Positions 60,441 to 64,000 of a DNA stretch of 64,000 bases are shown here, one piece after another. The notes under the pieces are model-generated. The model made no database searches. It was given only the letters and a program-made list of their open reading frames with translations, and was not told the origin of the DNA. The stretch is from Pocillopora damicornis (taxonomy: Eukaryota), in contig NW_020843601.1 of assembly GCF_003704095.1 (NCBI RefSeq), forward strand, positions 124,001-188,000, read 5' to 3'. The position numbers and the translations under genes are program-made. Position 1 is the first letter of the stretch. Each line of letters opens with the position of its first letter.

Positions 60441-61430
60441 TCACATCGAACTTTGCTCTCTTATTGAGTCTACGACTTTAGCACGGGTGGAAGCAATAGT
60501 TCTTTCGCGTGTTTTTTTGGCAAACCAACATTTGAAAATGCGTTTGAATGCTCGTCTGTAATCGCGATTTCGTGCCGCATATATCCACGGGTTTACCGCA
60601 GAGCTGCTGAAAGAGCATAGCGCTCCCCAGAACCAAACCCGAATAATTCGAATCTTAAGGCAGCCATTTGTTGTTACGAGTTGAATACCGCTTACAATCA
60701 TGCTTGGAAAAGCCAAAAGTAGGTAAATCCCGATTATTACACCGATTGTGTTCGCCGCTTTTCGGTTGCGTTTCGTCTCGGAGGCGACCGAATCAGACGA
60801 ACCTGCTTCAGCGGCTACAGTAGATACGGCCCTGGCTTCAGCCTCTATTCTCCTTGACTGACGCCGCGCTGTTTTGTAGATGTGATAGTAACTGTAACTG
60901 ATGACCACAAATGGTAGAGTGTATCCAATGACAGCCACAGCTATCCACAATTTTGGCAGGTCCAATGGGTCTGTGATCACTAAACGAAGACACGAAAACG
61001 CTATGGAAAACAACCATATCACAGCGATTGAAAACACGCAGCGAAACATTGTCACCACACGAACATAATACATTGGATTTATTATGGCCAAGTACCGATC
61101 TAAACTCACGGCAGCAAGGTTAAAAGTTGTAGTTATTAATGTTTGTACTGACATCAGCTCTGCTGCTACTGTGAGAGGATGCTCGTTTTGCCAAACGTTA
61201 AGGACGCTTTTAGTCACCCAAAGAGGACTTAACAACGCGCCAACCAGAAAATCTCCAACAGCCAAAGATGCGATGTAATAATTTGACACTGAGTGCAATG
61301 AAGGCGTTTGGTAGATTGCAAGAAGAACTACAAAATTTCCAGCAGTGGAGAGGAAACCAGATATGGCGTGAAGAACAGCAAGAAATATTGAGGAAATGTG
61401 ATGTAGCTCCCCTAGGCATTCTTCGGACAT
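60441..61430 (-). CDS. Class A (rhodopsin-like) GPCR, intronless, 329 aa; paralogue of the 42.1-kb GPCR
   Basis: GN, SLAVGD, DRY, NPWIY motifs. Shares HPLTxAA, QTL..TT.NL, LPxLW, NRKA and CLK with the 42127-43155 receptor. Confidence 0.93.
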   Translation of the reverse strand: MSEECLGELHHISSIFLAVLHAISGFLSTAGNFVVLLAIYQTPSLHSVSNYYIASLAVGDFLVGALLSPLWVTKSVLNVWQNEHPLTVAAELMSVQTLITTTFNLAAVSLDRYLAIINPMYYVRVVTMFRCVFSIAVIWLFSIAFSCLRLVITDPLDLPKLWIAVAVIGYTLPFVVISYSYYHIYKTARRQSRRIEAEARAVSTVAAEAGSSDSVASETKRNRKAANTIGVIIGIYLLLAFPSMIVSGIQLVTTNGCLKIRIIRVWFWGALCSFSSSAVNPWIYAARNRDYRRAFKRIFKCWFAKKTRERTIASTRAKVVDSIREQSSM

Positions 61431-61846
61431 GATGCTATAGGTTTTCGATGCGCAAATATAGTTGAAAAATTTCGTTAAGTTCCTTTAATCTGGCTGAGTG
61501 TGGTTTCTTTAGAAAATTCAGTGCAGGTGATCCTCTTGTTAAGAGGTATACACTAGCTGACTTCTTAGTTAAATCCAGCTAAAATGGTATTCATTACTTT
61601 TTATGCAATTTGTCATTCACTTCACGCGCATATGGCTCGAAAAAGCGTTTTCATTGGTTGCCACAAGCAACTTGTCTTAACGATTAGCATTAATTGAAAA
61701 CCTCAACATAGACGCTTCAATGATCAATTTGCCAGCACGCTATCACTGAACACGGTGCCAAGCCATTACTGAAATAGTGAACTGCGACACGTTACGATGC
61801 AACTTTAGCAGTTCATAAGTTCAATATCGTTGGACTAGAATAACGC

Positions 61847-61887
61847 TCCAAAAGGTTTCAAAAGGTTCCAAAAGGTTCCAAAAGGTT
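61847..61887. repeat. 10-bp tandem repeat x4 upstream of the GPCR
   Basis: tccaaaaggt / ttcaaaaggt / tccaaaaggt / tccaaaaggt. Confidence 0.9.
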
Positions 61888-64000
61888 ACCCGAGGGGAAG
61901 TTTTGTTCTCTTCATGCCAATCAAGATGATTGTCATTCTCAGAAACTTATTGCTGTTCTTCGTGACAATGAACTGATTCCTGGTGAAGTTCGCCTCAACA
62001 TCAGCACAACATGCAATTTTAATAAAGATTGCCCAAAAATTTGTTTAAGGTTTTATTTAATTTCACCAGCCAAGTAAAAACGTATTTGATCATCTGTCGA
62101 CAGTGACAGGGGATCTAACCTTATGGAGCTTTTACGCAACACAACTACGTGCAGCAGATAAAACCTTAAGGTTAATATTCCTTCTTTAATCTAGTGAACT
62201 GTCCTGTTTTTAATTTACCTCCTAGCTACACAAGGAAGCGATTCAAGCTAAAATCATATTTCTTAATGTAGTTAATAATTTTTTTTTTTGAGCTTGAACA
62301 AACTTAATATAAAAAATACCTAGAAATCTCGATTTCGATCAGCTAACGGTGACAGCTTTTCTTTTATGGAAAAATTGTTTACTACTCAAGCAATTAAACA
62401 AGTAAAAATAATTGGTACTCTAAACGAACTTTTCTTCCGCAGGCGTTGCTTTTAATTTAGTTTCTGTAAGTTTTCTATCATCAAAAGCGTATTCTTCAAA
62501 AACGTTAAGACTTGGACGTTGCATAAAAAAGAAAGCAGGGTAACTTTATGCAGCTTGCAACCAAGCAACGAAGATCAATTTAAAACGTTTTTTTACAGTT
62601 ACTCGCCAGCAAAGTTTGATACAATGAATCACCCGGCAAGTAGGTGAAGTGGCCTTTGTTGGAAACTGCTTGCGCTCGGAAGTAAATGATTGTGCAAAAC
62701 CTCATTGTAATTGTTTTTCGTTTTATGTCTGTTCCTTGTGGAATTGTTTTGAAGGACTGTCATTAATTTGGAACGATATTACACGTTTGTAAAATCTACG
62801 GGGAAAAACGTCAGGGTTCGGTAAACAATCAGGAAACAACCGCTTGCAGCCAGACTTTTCCTGAATTCGAACTCCCTCGGAAATTTTCTTTTTCGAACAA
62901 CACTTTTTTAAGGAACAGAACGTGACGAAGAACAATATTTATATATGGGACAGCTTGAACAGTATGTTCGAGGCTAACTAATCTCAGCATCTTAAGTATA
63001 TTGTGTCAATATTATGGTGAAATTTCAAGCTCTCGAATGTGTTTACTGAATGCAAACTTAAAACAAAAGAAAACCTTTTTTTCCACCCTGTTACTCCAAT
63101 TGATTTAGTTTAAAATTTCCATAAATGTTTGCTCGATAAGTTGTATTTCAAAGTCGCCCAGTCTCTTACCGTGCAGAATCTGTTAATGTCACTCGGGAAA
63201 ACTTGTCAAAAGCTACGTTATACAATTCTAATCTCGTTTATTTTCTGTGTCGTGTGAATTGTCATATGAAGCGAAGCAGATATTTGGCCAGCTTAAGGGG
63301 AGCGGGAGAGCAGGGGGGGGATAATCAACCATAGTCCCTCCCCCCTCACCACTTTTGCCCCTTTTTATCCAACTTTATCATACAAAGTTGAACTACACCG
63401 CTGCCGCTCACCGGTTTTTTTTCCTCATATGCGCCAATGAGTAAATATGGAGACCTGTGGTAAGAATAAAAATCAAAAGTATTTCAAGTTTGTTGATATG
63501 TATCCTTAAGTTTTTTTCTTCTCGGAAAAAAAAATAATATGAATGTGACGCCGTACATGAGCATGTGACGTAGTTCAGAATCAGTCCTTGGCGGTTACCT
63601 ATCAGTTGTTGACAAAAAATAAAGTGCTTAAATAAATTTTCAAAAGAAAAAATCACATATGATGCAAGGTTATTCAGTATGAAGGTCCGAAAATGTCATA
63701 TTTATTTCCGTAATAAACTCTTTTCAAGTCTAGATTGTTTTTCAGCAAAAATTGATTGAAATTCAATCTAAGTTATTATCACAGCTTTTGCCAAATGGTG
63801 CGCAAAATACATGTATTGAATTCGGTTTCCTTTCTATTTTTTCCAGTTATCTTAAGTGTACATGCAATGGCCATCAGCTTCATCTCCAAACATGATATTC
63901 TTTTTTTTTTGGCTTGGTTATTTCCAAAACACCATAGCTCCTTTTTTTCTAAAATCCTAGATGCCATAAAAATCGAACCTTTGAGGAAGAGGAGTTTGAT

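Overview
AT-rich eukaryotic genomic DNA with spliceosomal (GT-AG) introns and one assembly gap (N-run 43210-43514). The repeat families and gene content suggest a cnidarian, probably a stony coral; this is an inference, no search was run. Seven intact protein-coding genes could be assembled with phase-consistent splice sites. (1) A secreted V-I-I immunoglobulin-domain gene (-, 5722-9551). (2) A secreted single-V-domain paralogue (-, 15371-16515). (3) A secreted PAN/Apple + uncharacterised-domain gene (+, 35120-36155), with a pseudogene paralogue near 30.1 kb. (4) An MFSD6-like transporter (+, 37280-39582). (5, 6) Two paralogous intronless class A GPCRs (-, 42127-43155 and 60441-61430). (7) Between the GPCRs, a giant coiled-coil repeat protein of about 2086 aa (-, 47865-56573) with a 6.16-kb terminal exon. 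Non-coding DNA holds MITEs, tRNA-SINE copies, LINE remnants, palindromic Penelope-type termini with hammerhead-like cores, and tandem repeats. The best candidate for a new system is a same-strand, birth-and-death cluster of secreted Ig genes (5.7-26 kb) whose V domains have Trp in place of the canonical B-strand Cys, reminiscent of cnidarian Alr allorecognition proteins. The second candidate is the giant coiled-coil protein with layered repeats and an intermediate-filament-like low-complexity tail.
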